IMG/VR virus record: IMGVR_UViG_3300027690_000149
Location: 1-47,972 of that record
DNA from: a virus
Taxonomy: Duplodnaviria; Caudoviricetes
DNA: 47,972 bases
Reading direction: 5' to 3' (one strand)
Within the stretch, counting starts at the first letter, position 1. Each line of letters opens with the position of its first letter. The translations under genes and the position numbers were made by a program. The notes beneath the pieces were generated by a model. That model did not search any database, had not been told where the DNA came from, and was given only the letters and a program-made list of their open reading frames with translations. This document shows, piece after piece, positions 1 to 9,812 of the stretch.

Positions 1-1464
1 TCAGGAGTTACTCTCGGTGACTCTTATGTAGCCATCCGGGAACACGTCTACTCTCTCAATTAGATTGTGAATCGTCTCGTCCAATCTATAGCAGTCTCCG
101 GAATCCAGATTGTTCTTTATGGTATCCCATTTATCTTTCAGTTCCTGAGCGGTTACAAAATGCTGCTTGTCGGGGTTCTCCAGATAGTTGAGTTCATTCT
201 GAATTGATTCTCTTTTTTCCTTTATTCTGGCGGACTCTTCCTTCAGCAGAAGCATTTCAACACCGTTCTTGATTGCCTCAACGAGGTTTGCCTCTTGAGA
301 CTGGACTTCAAACAGCTTCTTTTTCAAGTACTCGATTCTCTTTCCCCTGATCTTATCTTCTCTGGCAGCTCTCTTGTTCATCTCCCTGGCTATCTCTTCA
401 TAGTCAGCGTTTTCCATGTCGCCGAACATTTCATGGCGAATATAGTCAATAACGAACTTCTCGACTTTGCTCTTGGCAATGCCTACATATCTCACAGGTT
501 TGTGGTTTTTCCATGCGCTGCATACATAACTGGTCTTCTTCGAACCATTGCCTACTAGGGAAGCGCCGCAATCGCCGCATTTGATAATCCCAGTAAGAAG
601 GTAGAAATGTACTCTAGGTGACCAGGAGCGTTTAGAGAATCGCTCTTGAACCTTATCCCATAGTTCTCTGGAAATGATCGCATCGATTGCATTTTCAAGG
701 ACTAGGGCATCCTTCCTGTTGATGTGATGATATCTCTTTGATCCCTTTCCGTACACTATTGAACCTATGTACTTCTCGTTGTGTAAGATATCCCAAATTG
801 CAGTCTTAGACCATGGCTTTCCTTTACGGTTGACGATCTTCCTGTCAGAGAAGAATTCGCAGATGAAGTTGATGCTCTTTCCTTGGGCGTAGAGGGCAAA
901 TATCTCATGCACAACGGGAGCTTCTTTTTCATCTACCCCAAGTACTTTCCTGGTCTTTCCTTCTTTGTCTTTGACCTCAATAGTCTTCAACCCAAATGGA
1001 GGATTACCACCCATCCAGTAACCCATGCTGGCGTAGTTCTTCATCCTGACTTTCGTCTTCTCGACTATTCTGTCTCTTTCCGCACCAGAGAGAATGAGTT
1101 TCATTCCCCTGTAGACCTTTCCCATATACGTTGAAGTATCTACAAGATCTCTCACCGCAATTACCCTGACTCCGGTCTTCTCTTCAAGGTCCTGTATAAA
1201 GACTTCTCCTCTGGCGCCAGCCCTGGAGAACCTGTCGAAGTCGTCGACGAGTATGTACTCGAACTCTCTTCTATTAGCGTGATCGATCAGTTCATCGAGT
1301 TGTTCTCTTCGATTGACTTTTCCTGTTTCCTTATCTGCGAAGTACGCCGCAATCTCAATTTCGTTGCTCTCGGCGTATCTGTCGCATTCTTCGAATTGCC
1401 CTACAAGGCTGAGATCAGATTGATGAAGTGTTGAGACTCTTGCGTAAGCAGCGGCCTTTCTCAA
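1..1464 (-). CDS. Large serine recombinase (phage integrase)
   Basis: N-terminal resolvase motifs YARVST (catalytic Ser) and DRFSR; recombinase domain (PPFG, ILHNEKYIG); Zn ribbon (LLTGIIKCGDCG); coiled coil. Start moved to TTG 1464 because AGGAGG overlaps the ORF-track GTG at 1473. Confidence 0.95.
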   Translation of the reverse strand: MRKAAAYARVSTLHQSDLSLVGQFEECDRYAESNEIEIAAYFADKETGKVNRREQLDELIDHANRREFEYILVDDFDRFSRAGARGEVFIQDLEEKTGVRVIAVRDLVDTSTYMGKVYRGMKLILSGAERDRIVEKTKVRMKNYASMGYWMGGNPPFGLKTIEVKDKEGKTRKVLGVDEKEAPVVHEIFALYAQGKSINFICEFFSDRKIVNRKGKPWSKTAIWDILHNEKYIGSIVYGKGSKRYHHINRKDALVLENAIDAIISRELWDKVQERFSKRSWSPRVHFYLLTGIIKCGDCGASLVGNGSKKTSYVCSAWKNHKPVRYVGIAKSKVEKFVIDYIRHEMFGDMENADYEEIAREMNKRAAREDKIRGKRIEYLKKKLFEVQSQEANLVEAIKNGVEMLLLKEESARIKEKRESIQNELNYLENPDKQHFVTAQELKDKWDTIKNNLDSGDCYRLDETIHNLIERVDVFPDGYIRVTESNS

Positions 1465-1525
1465 TGCAAACACCTCCTAGCTATATCATAGGATTAATCG
1501 AGATGTTCTATCTATAAGAGATAAC

Positions 1526-1550
1526 AAAAAGCTCCCCAAAAGGGGAGCTT
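1526..1550 (-). terminator. Rho-independent terminator after the protease/micropeptide operon
   Basis: AAGCTCCCC-AAAA-GGGGAGCTT inverted repeat with a T-run on the minus strand. Confidence 0.8.
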
Positions 1551-1564
1551 CGCATTGTGAAATC

Positions 1565-1720
1565 TCAAGAATTTCCTTCTATCAATTCTGATTGTCCTAT
1601 GATTACCGCTTCATAAGTCTGTGAACCTTGGTAAGAAGAATCACTCGAATTCTCAATGAACGGACCCGAAGATTTCATAAAACTCTCTTGCAAATTAGTA
1701 ACAAAACCTGCGTCATTCAT
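1565..1720 (-). CDS. 51-aa acidic, Ser-rich peptide translationally coupled to the protease
   Basis: MNDAGFVTNLQESFMKSSGPFIENSSDSSYQGSQTYEAVIIGQSELIEGNS; ATGA overlap with the protease stop; purine-rich GAGGGGG upstream; ends just before the terminator. Below the ORF-track cut-off. Confidence 0.6.
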   Translation of the reverse strand: MNDAGFVTNLQESFMKSSGPFIENSSDSSYQGSQTYEAVIIGQSELIEGNS

Positions 1721-2844
1721 GATGATGCCCCCTCTGTAATACTCTTAACCCATTCAAAGGCTTTAGAAATAGTATTAACACGAATCTTGTTGTCGGGTTG
1801 TCTCAACGCATTGATTATACCAGAGACTTTGAAAGAATACGAAAGGCTTATACTCTCTAGTGCAACTAGGAACAACTCATATTTGACAGGCTGAATTTGT
1901 GTGACGCTTAACTGAGAACTCAACGTGTTAACTAGCTGATTCTGAAGTTGGGGAGGTATGTTTACGGGTAGATTGTTGATAACAGTCGTTACCGTCAAGT
2001 ATGACATGTTGGGGTCGCTGAGAATCAAATTTATAGGAATGAATGGCTTCTCGATTTCCATATCATTCTCAAACTCCTCCCATATCCTCCACATTAAGTC
2101 TTCTTCTTCATTTGTTGGAAGTTTCACCGGGAGTCCAAGTTTAGCAGCTTCATTTCTGTCCACAGGATAACCATGATGAAGAAAAGAGTGATTCAAAGAA
2201 TCTGATATTGCCTTTATCTTGTTTTGGTCATTCATATGAAGGCCTAAGAGTTTTTCGCTTAGCTGGCTGGACAACTGTGCGAATCTCTTCGCAGCCGCTA
2301 TCTGGAGAGGGGTTGTCTCTTTGCAGAGCTGTTCAACAACCAACCCAAGCTGAGTTTGATCTGTTATTCCAACGTTTTCCTTCATGAAATCGATGAAGTG
2401 ATTAAGATCCTCCACCGGGAAATCTTTTTGCTCGTTACCTTCCTTCGTTTGTCTTACTGAATGCAGTTGGGCATCAACTGGGCCGAGATTAGAATATGGA
2501 TGCATCAATAACTCATTAGATCCAATAGCTAGCAAAGTAGCCGCACTGTATGCAATATATGGAAGAATGACCGAAACTTTGCTGAATCGTTCCCTAAGAA
2601 GACTCATAATTCGCCACGAGACTATTGGGTCACCTCCAGAGCTCACAACAAGCAAATCAACTTTTTGCTCTTCTGTTGGGATCATGTTCAACTGTTTCAT
2701 GAATAAGGGAACAACATCAGATGCCATCTGGCCCGATGCATTTGCTCTGTTGCTTGTTACGTAAACAAGAAGAGGACGCTTCCTAACCTTTTCCAGTTGC
2801 CTATACAGATCTTTTCTTTCTTCGTAGCCCACTTTGTTCACCAC
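1717..2844 (-). CDS. SDH/SppA-like Clp-fold serine proteinase
   Basis: Motifs DLLVVSSGG, AYSAATLLAIG (catalytic Ser), SNLGPVDAQ, HHGYPVDRNEA. Confidence 0.85.
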   Translation of the reverse strand: MVNKVGYEERKDLYRQLEKVRKRPLLVYVTSNRANASGQMASDVVPLFMKQLNMIPTEEQKVDLLVVSSGGDPIVSWRIMSLLRERFSKVSVILPYIAYSAATLLAIGSNELLMHPYSNLGPVDAQLHSVRQTKEGNEQKDFPVEDLNHFIDFMKENVGITDQTQLGLVVEQLCKETTPLQIAAAKRFAQLSSQLSEKLLGLHMNDQNKIKAISDSLNHSFLHHGYPVDRNEAAKLGLPVKLPTNEEEDLMWRIWEEFENDMEIEKPFIPINLILSDPNMSYLTVTTVINNLPVNIPPQLQNQLVNTLSSQLSVTQIQPVKYELFLVALESISLSYSFKVSGIINALRQPDNKIRVNTISKAFEWVKSITEGASS

Positions 2845-2924
2845 CTTTTATTGAAAGTAATAGACAATCACGACAAAATCAGAATTTCGGAGTTCAATGG
2901 TTCGAAAAGCCTCGTTAATGGGAG

Positions 2925-3197
2925 TCACATTTCAGTGCTAACATAACACCCCTTCCCCTTCATACATCCCCCAAACGCGTACGCCACTGACCTCGGGTTC
3001 ATCCTAGGCAAATAGAACACGGTCGTGAGTTCCTCAACGTCCTGTCCATGTTCTTTCCAGATCGTTTCGGTGATCTTCATGAGTTGATCTCTGGCTGGAG
3101 AATAATCGAGTAGTCGGACCTTAACATTTCTCCTCCGCATACCTATTCCAAAATCCCTTATGCTCAGGATCTCGTAGGCTATCTCCCCACTTTTCAA
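2925..3197 (-). CDS. Hypothetical protein
   Basis: 90-aa ORF with a GGGGGA RBS; no recognised motif. Confidence 0.5.
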   Translation of the reverse strand: MKSGEIAYEILSIRDFGIGMRRRNVKVRLLDYSPARDQLMKITETIWKEHGQDVEELTTVFYLPRMNPRSVAYAFGGCMKGKGCYVSTEM

Positions 3198-3410
3198 TGC
3201 TATCCCCCTGAATGTTATTACTACACGTCTGTCATTTTACATCAGTTAACATTCAGAACAATACCCACTAATTAACTCGACTTATTAGTACCGAACAGCT
3301 GTCAAGTCCTCAAGATGGCTACAGTTATTATCACTATGTTTGTATCGAAAGATTAAGTGATATGATTAAACAAAAGTTTTGAAGTTCAGCAATGCAATGG
3401 GAGGTGGAAC

Positions 3411-4673
3411 ATGAAAGGATTTGATGAACTAAGGTACATCAGACCTACTCTAGTAATATTCATCTTTCTAGTAACGATTCTTCTAATGATGCTGCCGTAC
3501 CATGTCTTTCAGAATGAGGCTATCAGCTATACTCAGGAGATTTACTCGGGGATTTTCGAGACATCTGTCGAGAATCTAGCTTCTTCTTTATCAGTTGGTT
3601 ATTTTCAATGGCATGCGATGTATCACGCGGTGAATTCCGGTGACGATGTATTTATCGAAGAGATGCTCCAAGAAATACAGCAGGATTTCCCGGGAGTGAG
3701 GTCCGCAAGGTTAATCAATAGACCTCCTGAGATACCGCTGAAGGATAAGTACAAGCTATCTAACATTGATCAAGAGCTTTACCTCTACTTCAACATATAT
3801 GATAGCCTAGTGGATAATGAGATTACTGATAAAGTCGTGATTGCCAGCATAGATAAAGATGCCATACTCTCACAGATGCATCTGGATGAAAGAGTAAGCT
3901 TAACTTCCGGAGGATCGAAGTCTTTTGCCTATGGGCTGAGGGCTGAAGTAAAAGGATACGATCTCACGATGTGGCTGGTTTTCCATTCTTTGGCATCTGG
4001 GATCATAGGCGTTCTGATTATGATGGAAGTGCTGGCTCTCGGGCTTTCCAGATACTATGAGATGCATGGTCTACAGGAAATAATGTATTTATGGGAGATG
4101 GAGGACTCATACACTGCCTTTCACTCGAGAAACGTGGCAAAGATCGCAGAATGCCTAGGGATAAATCTTGGATTGAGCCGTAAGAAGGTAAGAGAGATTG
4201 TTAATGGAGCCAAGCTTCATGACATAGGTAAGATTGGTATTTCTCAGAAAATACTCAGAAAGCACGGGCCCTTAGATGAGATTGAGATGGAAGTAATGCG
4301 CAGTCATCCGGGTCATGGGAAAGAAGTCCTCGAACACTTCAAGTACCTAAAGAAGTTCATTCCTTACGCCTATATGCACCATGAACGGGAAAACGGTTCG
4401 GGATATCCTCAGGGTCTGAAGGGGGATCAAATACCGCTGGAGGCTAAGGTCATTGCTGTGGCGGATGTCTTCGAGGCACTTACTGCTGATAGACCTTACC
4501 GAGATGCTTATTCTTTTGTTCAAGCGGTTGACATGATGACAGAAATGCCTCTTGATCAAGGTATAGTCTCTGCGCTGATAGATATTCTACCTGATCTAGA
4601 GAAGAAAATGTTTTGGAGAACTACGCACAAATTCCTGGAGATCACTGAGGAAGATCTCAGAAAGAGACTGTAA
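3411..4673 (+). CDS. Membrane-anchored HD-GYP cyclic dinucleotide phosphodiesterase
   Basis: Two TM segments flank an extracytoplasmic (CHASE4-like) region; YTAFHS, LHDIGK, HHERENGSGYP, VADVFEALT.DRPYR; RBS GGAGGT; TGnTATGAT at 3358-3366. Confidence 0.92.
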   Translation: MKGFDELRYIRPTLVIFIFLVTILLMMLPYHVFQNEAISYTQEIYSGIFETSVENLASSLSVGYFQWHAMYHAVNSGDDVFIEEMLQEIQQDFPGVRSARLINRPPEIPLKDKYKLSNIDQELYLYFNIYDSLVDNEITDKVVIASIDKDAILSQMHLDERVSLTSGGSKSFAYGLRAEVKGYDLTMWLVFHSLASGIIGVLIMMEVLALGLSRYYEMHGLQEIMYLWEMEDSYTAFHSRNVAKIAECLGINLGLSRKKVREIVNGAKLHDIGKIGISQKILRKHGPLDEIEMEVMRSHPGHGKEVLEHFKYLKKFIPYAYMHHERENGSGYPQGLKGDQIPLEAKVIAVADVFEALTADRPYRDAYSFVQAVDMMTEMPLDQGIVSALIDILPDLEKKMFWRTTHKFLEITEEDLRKRL

Positions 4674-4861
4674 GGCAGATAAAGAACCGAGAATAAGTTT
4701 CTCAAGAAAGGAATCTGAACTTGGTCCGGTCTTGTGAGACGATGCATGTATCAGTTGCCTGCTTAGCGTCTTTCGGCCACCTCTTTGACATTGCTCGTTA
4801 CATATATCTTTGTAGCAGAGAAAACAAGAGGAGACTTTTTCTGAATAGATAATTGCATGAC

Positions 4862-4952
4862 CACCTCTCGACAGGATATTATAGTCTCTGCGCTCATAGA
4901 GATCCTTCCCGAGCTTGAGATGGAACTGTGCGGGAGAAATCGGGAGAAGTGA
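4862..4952 (+). pseudogene. 3' fragment of a paralogous HD-GYP gene
   Basis: 4881-4920 matches 4563-4602 at 33/40 nt, with all differences at third codon positions (IVSALIEILPELE vs IVSALIDILPDLE). Confidence 0.7.
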
Positions 4953-5658
4953 TGGGAGAGGGCGTGAGCTCAGATCCTGGGTTGGGAGTTAAGTGAGAGA
5001 AGGCAAGAATGTCGTTAGCAGTTGGGTCCCAACGGAGCAAAGGCAAGAATTATGGAGCAGACAGTTCGACTTATCGAAATGTTCAGAAAGATTTCAAACG
5101 ATCTGAGCCTCAGTTGAAAGATCATGTTACCCTTTGAATAAGGGTGATGATTGATTATAATGAAGTTGAACTGAGATGTGTGGAGGTTGATTATGAAGGG
5201 AAACAGCCTTCTTCTGAACTGTGTTTTTACGAGGAGTACTTTCTAAGAGCCTCTATGCGGGCGGACTTGTAGAACAAAGTCCCCTTCCTGTCTAAGTTCG
5301 TTATGTATTTGATCCTACCGCTCTATTCTTACCCAACCATCTGGCAGGTCGAAATGAAGCTGGAAGTCAGCATACACATGTATGTATATGAGCAAGATTT
5401 GGTTCGACAACATCCGATCACCTAAGAACAGTTCGAAATTGAACTGGTAGTGATTATCCGCTAGACTAGGCTCAATTTACTTGATGTATTTGGTCTCAAA
5501 GAGAGCAACTGGAGGGAAAGCAGAGTCTTGATTAGACTGTACACAATTACTTAATATATATATAGAAGTCTCGTTTGCTCTGGTTACAGGGTCTTTCTTA
5601 AGAACTAATTGGTATACCAATGTAATCAAGTAATTCGAATGAGAAGTCTGTCATGCTG

Positions 5659-5667
5659 TGATATAAT
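5659..5667 (+). promoter_or_regulatory. Extended -10 promoter for the R-M operon
   Basis: TGnTATAAT about 90 nt upstream of the MTase start. Confidence 0.55.
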
Positions 5668-5758
5668 TCTGTTGAAGTTGAAGCTTCGGATCATGGATGC
5701 CCTAATGAGAAGAATGGCTGCTTTGGTCATTATCGTTGTACAAGGAGATAGATGCTGA

Positions 5759-6865
5759 ATGAGTCAAAGAATGCTATTTTCAGAACCCAAAATCATCTCG
5801 TTGTTTTCAGGATGCGGAGGACTTGATCTAGGCTTTCATATGGAAGGATACACTACTGTTTGGGCTAATGATAACTCTGAGTGGGCTGTGGAAACCTTCA
5901 GGAAGAATATCGGAAACGTTGTTGTTTTGGGAGACATAACTGACATTAGTCCTTATGAGGATAATTCAATTCCAGACTGTGACTTAATTCTGGGCGGCTT
6001 TCCCTGTCAAGATTTCTCAGTGATATGGAAGCAACCGGGACTAAACGGAAAAAGAGGCAATCTCTATAGACATTTTCTGGAATTTGTTGATGCAAAGAGG
6101 CCGAAAGCTTTCGTCGCCGAAAATGTTAGAGGTTTGCTTACTGCTAATAAACGAAAGGCAATCGAGAAGATTATTTCTGATCTAGAAGGGATAGAACCTG
6201 GATATGTTATAAAACCTCGGCTGTATAACTTCGCTGATTATGGTGTCCCTCAGTTCAGGGAGCGGGTGCTGATTGTTGGAATAAGGCAAGATACAGGATT
6301 CTTCTTCAGGCACCCAAAACCAACCCACGGACCGAGAGCTGGGAAACCTTATGTAACTGCTGGGCAAGCTCTCGAACTGGTAGAAACCATTCCCTATAAC
6401 AACGAACACATGAAAAGCACTGAGAAGACAAGAAGGATGCTAGAAATGATTCCTGAAGGGGGCAACTTCTCAGATGTCCCAAAAGATCATCCCCTATATG
6501 TCAAAGGAATGATAAGTCACGTTTATAGAAGAATAAAACGTGACGCGCCAGCGAAAACAATAATCGCTGCCGGCGGTGGGGGTACTTGGGGGTACCATTT
6601 CCCTGAACCCCGACCACTTACTAATCGAGAGCGGGCTCGTCTACAGTCATTCCCGGATGACTTCATCTTTTTCGGGAGTATCTCAGAAGTAAGAAGGCAG
6701 ATCGGGAATGCTGTGCCTCCTGTTGGAGTAATAGCGTTGGCTCGGCAGCTCAAGCCTTTGTTTACTGGTGAGTACTCAAGAGTAGACCTAAGCCTAGAAC
6801 TTGAAACTCTAAAAGGAGTCAGTATTAGAGAGCGTTTGGCGTTGGTTGAAAAGGAAATCGAATAG
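5759..6865 (+). CDS. DNA (cytosine-5)-methyltransferase (CglI/NgoAVII/NgoFVII type)
   Basis: Motif I FSGCGG, IV GGFPCQDFS, VI ENV, VIII QFRER, IX RERARLQSF, X QIGNAVP. Confidence 0.97.
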   Translation: MSQRMLFSEPKIISLFSGCGGLDLGFHMEGYTTVWANDNSEWAVETFRKNIGNVVVLGDITDISPYEDNSIPDCDLILGGFPCQDFSVIWKQPGLNGKRGNLYRHFLEFVDAKRPKAFVAENVRGLLTANKRKAIEKIISDLEGIEPGYVIKPRLYNFADYGVPQFRERVLIVGIRQDTGFFFRHPKPTHGPRAGKPYVTAGQALELVETIPYNNEHMKSTEKTRRMLEMIPEGGNFSDVPKDHPLYVKGMISHVYRRIKRDAPAKTIIAAGGGGTWGYHFPEPRPLTNRERARLQSFPDDFIFFGSISEVRRQIGNAVPPVGVIALARQLKPLFTGEYSRVDLSLELETLKGVSIRERLALVEKEIE

Positions 6866-6877
6866 TGGAGGTTGAGC

Positions 6878-7924
6878 TTGGAATTACTTCTGTCTAATTT
6901 TCCGCCGGTTGTCACCAGAATGCGGACATTTCAGGAAGCATTCTATGATCTTCTTCCAAAAGCGGATCAGTTGAATATTGCAGTTGGTTACGTTACAGCA
7001 GATTCTCTCCTAGAACTGAAGAGAATTATTGAATTAAACAGAATTGAGAAAGTGCGGCTGTTAATCGGCATGCATGGTGCGGATAAGTTCACAAGACAGG
7101 AGTATGATGCGGCAATTGATCTTGGGGCGTTTCTTGAAAAGGAGATTCGTGGTGAAGTTCTTCTCATCACAAGTTTTAGATTTCACGGGAAAATGTACGC
7201 ATTTTCAAGAGATAGATCGCCATTCGCTGCAATAGTTGGTTCGAATAATTTAAGCAGCATAGTGAGGACTTATAATCGCGTTTACGAAGCCTCTATACTA
7301 GTGGAAGATACTGTAATCTTGGAGGAAACAGGCAGGTTCATAGACAATCTGTGTAATTCCGCTGCCGAAAAGATAGCTGATGCTGAAATTAGTTCATTCA
7401 ATGACGACTCTTTCCCTTTGGAGAACCATGACTATGTCGAGCATCTAAACCTTTCGCAATCAGTGAACTATGTTGCAGATAAATCTGAAATCACATTTGA
7501 TATCCCAATTAAAACCGAATCCCGAAGCGGTTTAAACGTCTATTTTGGCAAGGGAAGAGAGAACAAGAAAACTAAAGTGGTAAAACCCCGTCACTGGTAT
7601 GAGGTTGAGATAATCGTTCCAAAGGAAATCACAGAGCATCCTGAATACCCAAAGGCAAAGTCTTCAACAGCTGTGTTTGATGTTGTTACAGATGACGGAT
7701 GGAAGTTCAAGTGCAAGGTCAGCGGAGACTATAGTAAGAATTTACGCTCAGAAAACGATCTAAAAGTATTGGGGATGTGGCTGAAAGGAAGGCTTGAAGT
7801 GCGTGATCTTAAACAGGGAGAGCCGGTCACTGATGAAGTTCTTGAAAGCTACGGAAGAAAATCCTTCTCTATGACGAAACTTAAGTCCGGCAATATTTGG
7901 TTTCTGGATTTTGGGGTCAGATGA
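6878..7924 (+). CDS. PLD-family restriction endonuclease subunit (NgoFVII / R.CglI-like)
   Basis: PLD motifs FHGKMY and GSNNLS; IAVGY; C-terminal PRHWYEVE...TDDG...KNLRS...LG.WLKG typical of RE_NgoFVII; TTG start 6 nt after GGAGG. Confidence 0.9.
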   Translation: MELLLSNFPPVVTRMRTFQEAFYDLLPKADQLNIAVGYVTADSLLELKRIIELNRIEKVRLLIGMHGADKFTRQEYDAAIDLGAFLEKEIRGEVLLITSFRFHGKMYAFSRDRSPFAAIVGSNNLSSIVRTYNRVYEASILVEDTVILEETGRFIDNLCNSAAEKIADAEISSFNDDSFPLENHDYVEHLNLSQSVNYVADKSEITFDIPIKTESRSGLNVYFGKGRENKKTKVVKPRHWYEVEIIVPKEITEHPEYPKAKSSTAVFDVVTDDGWKFKCKVSGDYSKNLRSENDLKVLGMWLKGRLEVRDLKQGEPVTDEVLESYGRKSFSMTKLKSGNIWFLDFGVR

Positions 7925-9810
7925 TGGACTATTTGAATACATATATTAGCAAACTGGAAGAGCGAGGACACTCAGCCCTAGCAGAATCTGTAGGAGCCAC
8001 TGCGTCACGGATTTCCGAGCGGTATATCAAGAATTTCTCATTCAGAGAGAATGTTTCAGCTATGCTCTATGGGGAGGTTCAAAGCGGAAAGACCAGTCAT
8101 ATGTTCGGTATTGCATGTGAATCGGCAAACAATGGATTTGGGATTTTCGTGCTTTTGACTAGCGATATTTCTGTTCTTCATACACAGACGTACGAAAGAG
8201 CACTGCGTGACCTCACAGACTTCTGTGTGTGTAATGAGGATGAGTACTTGAAATTCAGAGAAAATGGAATGCGTACACCTGCAATGATAGTGCTGAAGAA
8301 GAATGCAAGTGTTTTGAAAAAGTGGAAAGCCAACTTCTCTTCGACAGATTTTTGCAAAGGAAATCCAATGTTTGTTCTTGATGATGAGGCGGATTCAGCT
8401 AGTCTCAATACAAAGGTAAATATCGAACAACAGAGTAGAATAAATAGTCTGCTCGAAGACATTAAGAGTCTGGCATCTAGTAGTGTGTACCTTCAGGTGA
8501 CAGCCACTCCTCAGGCGGTTCTCCTACAGACTGCAAAGAGCGGATTTCGGCCGTTCTTTGTTTGCTACTTCAGACCAGGCCCTGGATATATTGGGGGCGA
8601 CTTCTTCTTCGGGGATGATAGCAGTCCTTATATTGTGCTAACAAAAGATGATGAAGCAGAAAGCCTGGTAGTTGACGACGAATTCCCGGAAAATGGACTC
8701 AAGGAAGCATTGGTCAACCATCTTCTTGTGTCAGCTGATACGTTTTTGAGTGGTGGCCGAGTCTGTAATTTCCTTATCCATCCAAGCTCAAGAACGGAAT
8801 TACACTCGCATTTCGCTGAGAAGATCGGCAGGTATTTAAATGAAATAATTCCCGCGGTAATAGATGAAGAGGCTTGTGACTTGTTCAAGTATGCATATGA
8901 GAAACTGAAGAGTACTAAACCTCAGATCATAGCGTTTCCGAAAGCAATGAATTTCATTAGGAAAATGGTAGAAAGAGATTCTGTAAGCATTTTGGTTCTT
9001 AACTCTGTTAATGAATTCATAGACAGGAAGTGTTTTGAGGAAGGAATTAACATTATCGTTGGTGGAAATACCTTGGGAAGGGGGATGACAATACCAAAGC
9101 TCCAGACAATCTACTATTGCAGAACTTCGAAGAAACCTCTTGCCGACACCATGTGGCAACATACAAGAATGTTCGGATATGACAGAGAGCCAGCGATGAT
9201 GAGGATCTATTTGCCTCCCAATCTATTTAAGCTTTTTAGAGAAATCTACAGTACGAACAAGGGAATTGTCGCGTGTATTGAGAAAGGAATTGATGTGTCA
9301 GAAATCATATTATCATACCCAAGAAACTTGAATCCAACAAGGAAAAATGTTCTTGATGCAAAGTCAGTTGATATTATTTCAGGAGGAGTAAATTACTTCC
9401 CGTTTTCACCTGAGAATCCTTCTATTGAGGAAATGGACAGGGAGCTTGAGAGGTTTGCTGATGGCGAATATTCGGCCAGTCTAAAATTTCTGACAGCGCT
9501 TCTCGAAGGCGTTGTTGCAGATGATGGTTGGGATAAGGAGAAATTCATTGGAGTTTTGGAGGCACTGCAGGCTGAGAATTCTCTGGCCCAGGGATTTCTA
9601 ATCGTAAGGCGCAACAGAGATATAGCAAAAGGTACTGGAACGCTGTTATCTCCAAATGACAGAGCTATCGGCGAACAGATTTGGGATAGAGTTGTCCTCA
9701 CCATGTATAAAGTGACGGGAAACAAAGGTTGGAATGGCAGGCAGATTTGGATTCCCAATATCAAGCTGCCGGGCAACAGGCTCTATTTTTCTGTAAGTGA
9801 GACCGGTTGA
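7921..9810 (+). CDS. SF2 helicase-like ATPase with Z1 domain (H.CglI / N.NgoAVII-like)
   Basis: GEVQSGKT, DDEAD, TATP, GGNTLGRGMT, DTMWQHTRMFGY; ATGA-coupled to the endonuclease. Confidence 0.9.
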   Translation: MMDYLNTYISKLEERGHSALAESVGATASRISERYIKNFSFRENVSAMLYGEVQSGKTSHMFGIACESANNGFGIFVLLTSDISVLHTQTYERALRDLTDFCVCNEDEYLKFRENGMRTPAMIVLKKNASVLKKWKANFSSTDFCKGNPMFVLDDEADSASLNTKVNIEQQSRINSLLEDIKSLASSSVYLQVTATPQAVLLQTAKSGFRPFFVCYFRPGPGYIGGDFFFGDDSSPYIVLTKDDEAESLVVDDEFPENGLKEALVNHLLVSADTFLSGGRVCNFLIHPSSRTELHSHFAEKIGRYLNEIIPAVIDEEACDLFKYAYEKLKSTKPQIIAFPKAMNFIRKMVERDSVSILVLNSVNEFIDRKCFEEGINIIVGGNTLGRGMTIPKLQTIYYCRTSKKPLADTMWQHTRMFGYDREPAMMRIYLPPNLFKLFREIYSTNKGIVACIEKGIDVSEIILSYPRNLNPTRKNVLDAKSVDIISGGVNYFPFSPENPSIEEMDRELERFADGEYSASLKFLTALLEGVVADDGWDKEKFIGVLEALQAENSLAQGFLIVRRNRDIAKGTGTLLSPNDRAIGEQIWDRVVLTMYKVTGNKGWNGRQIWIPNIKLPGNRLYFSVSETG

Positions 9811-9812
9811 AG

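Noticed and set aside
1-60. att site search at the window ends
   Set aside because: The window starts and ends at stop codons; no terminal repeat is visible, and serine-integrase att cores are very short.
4757-4785. Minus-strand AGAGGTGGCCGA resembling the 5' end of tRNA-Ser (possible tRNA or att relic)
   Set aside because: Only ~12 nt match; no anticodon arm, T-arm or acceptor pairing.
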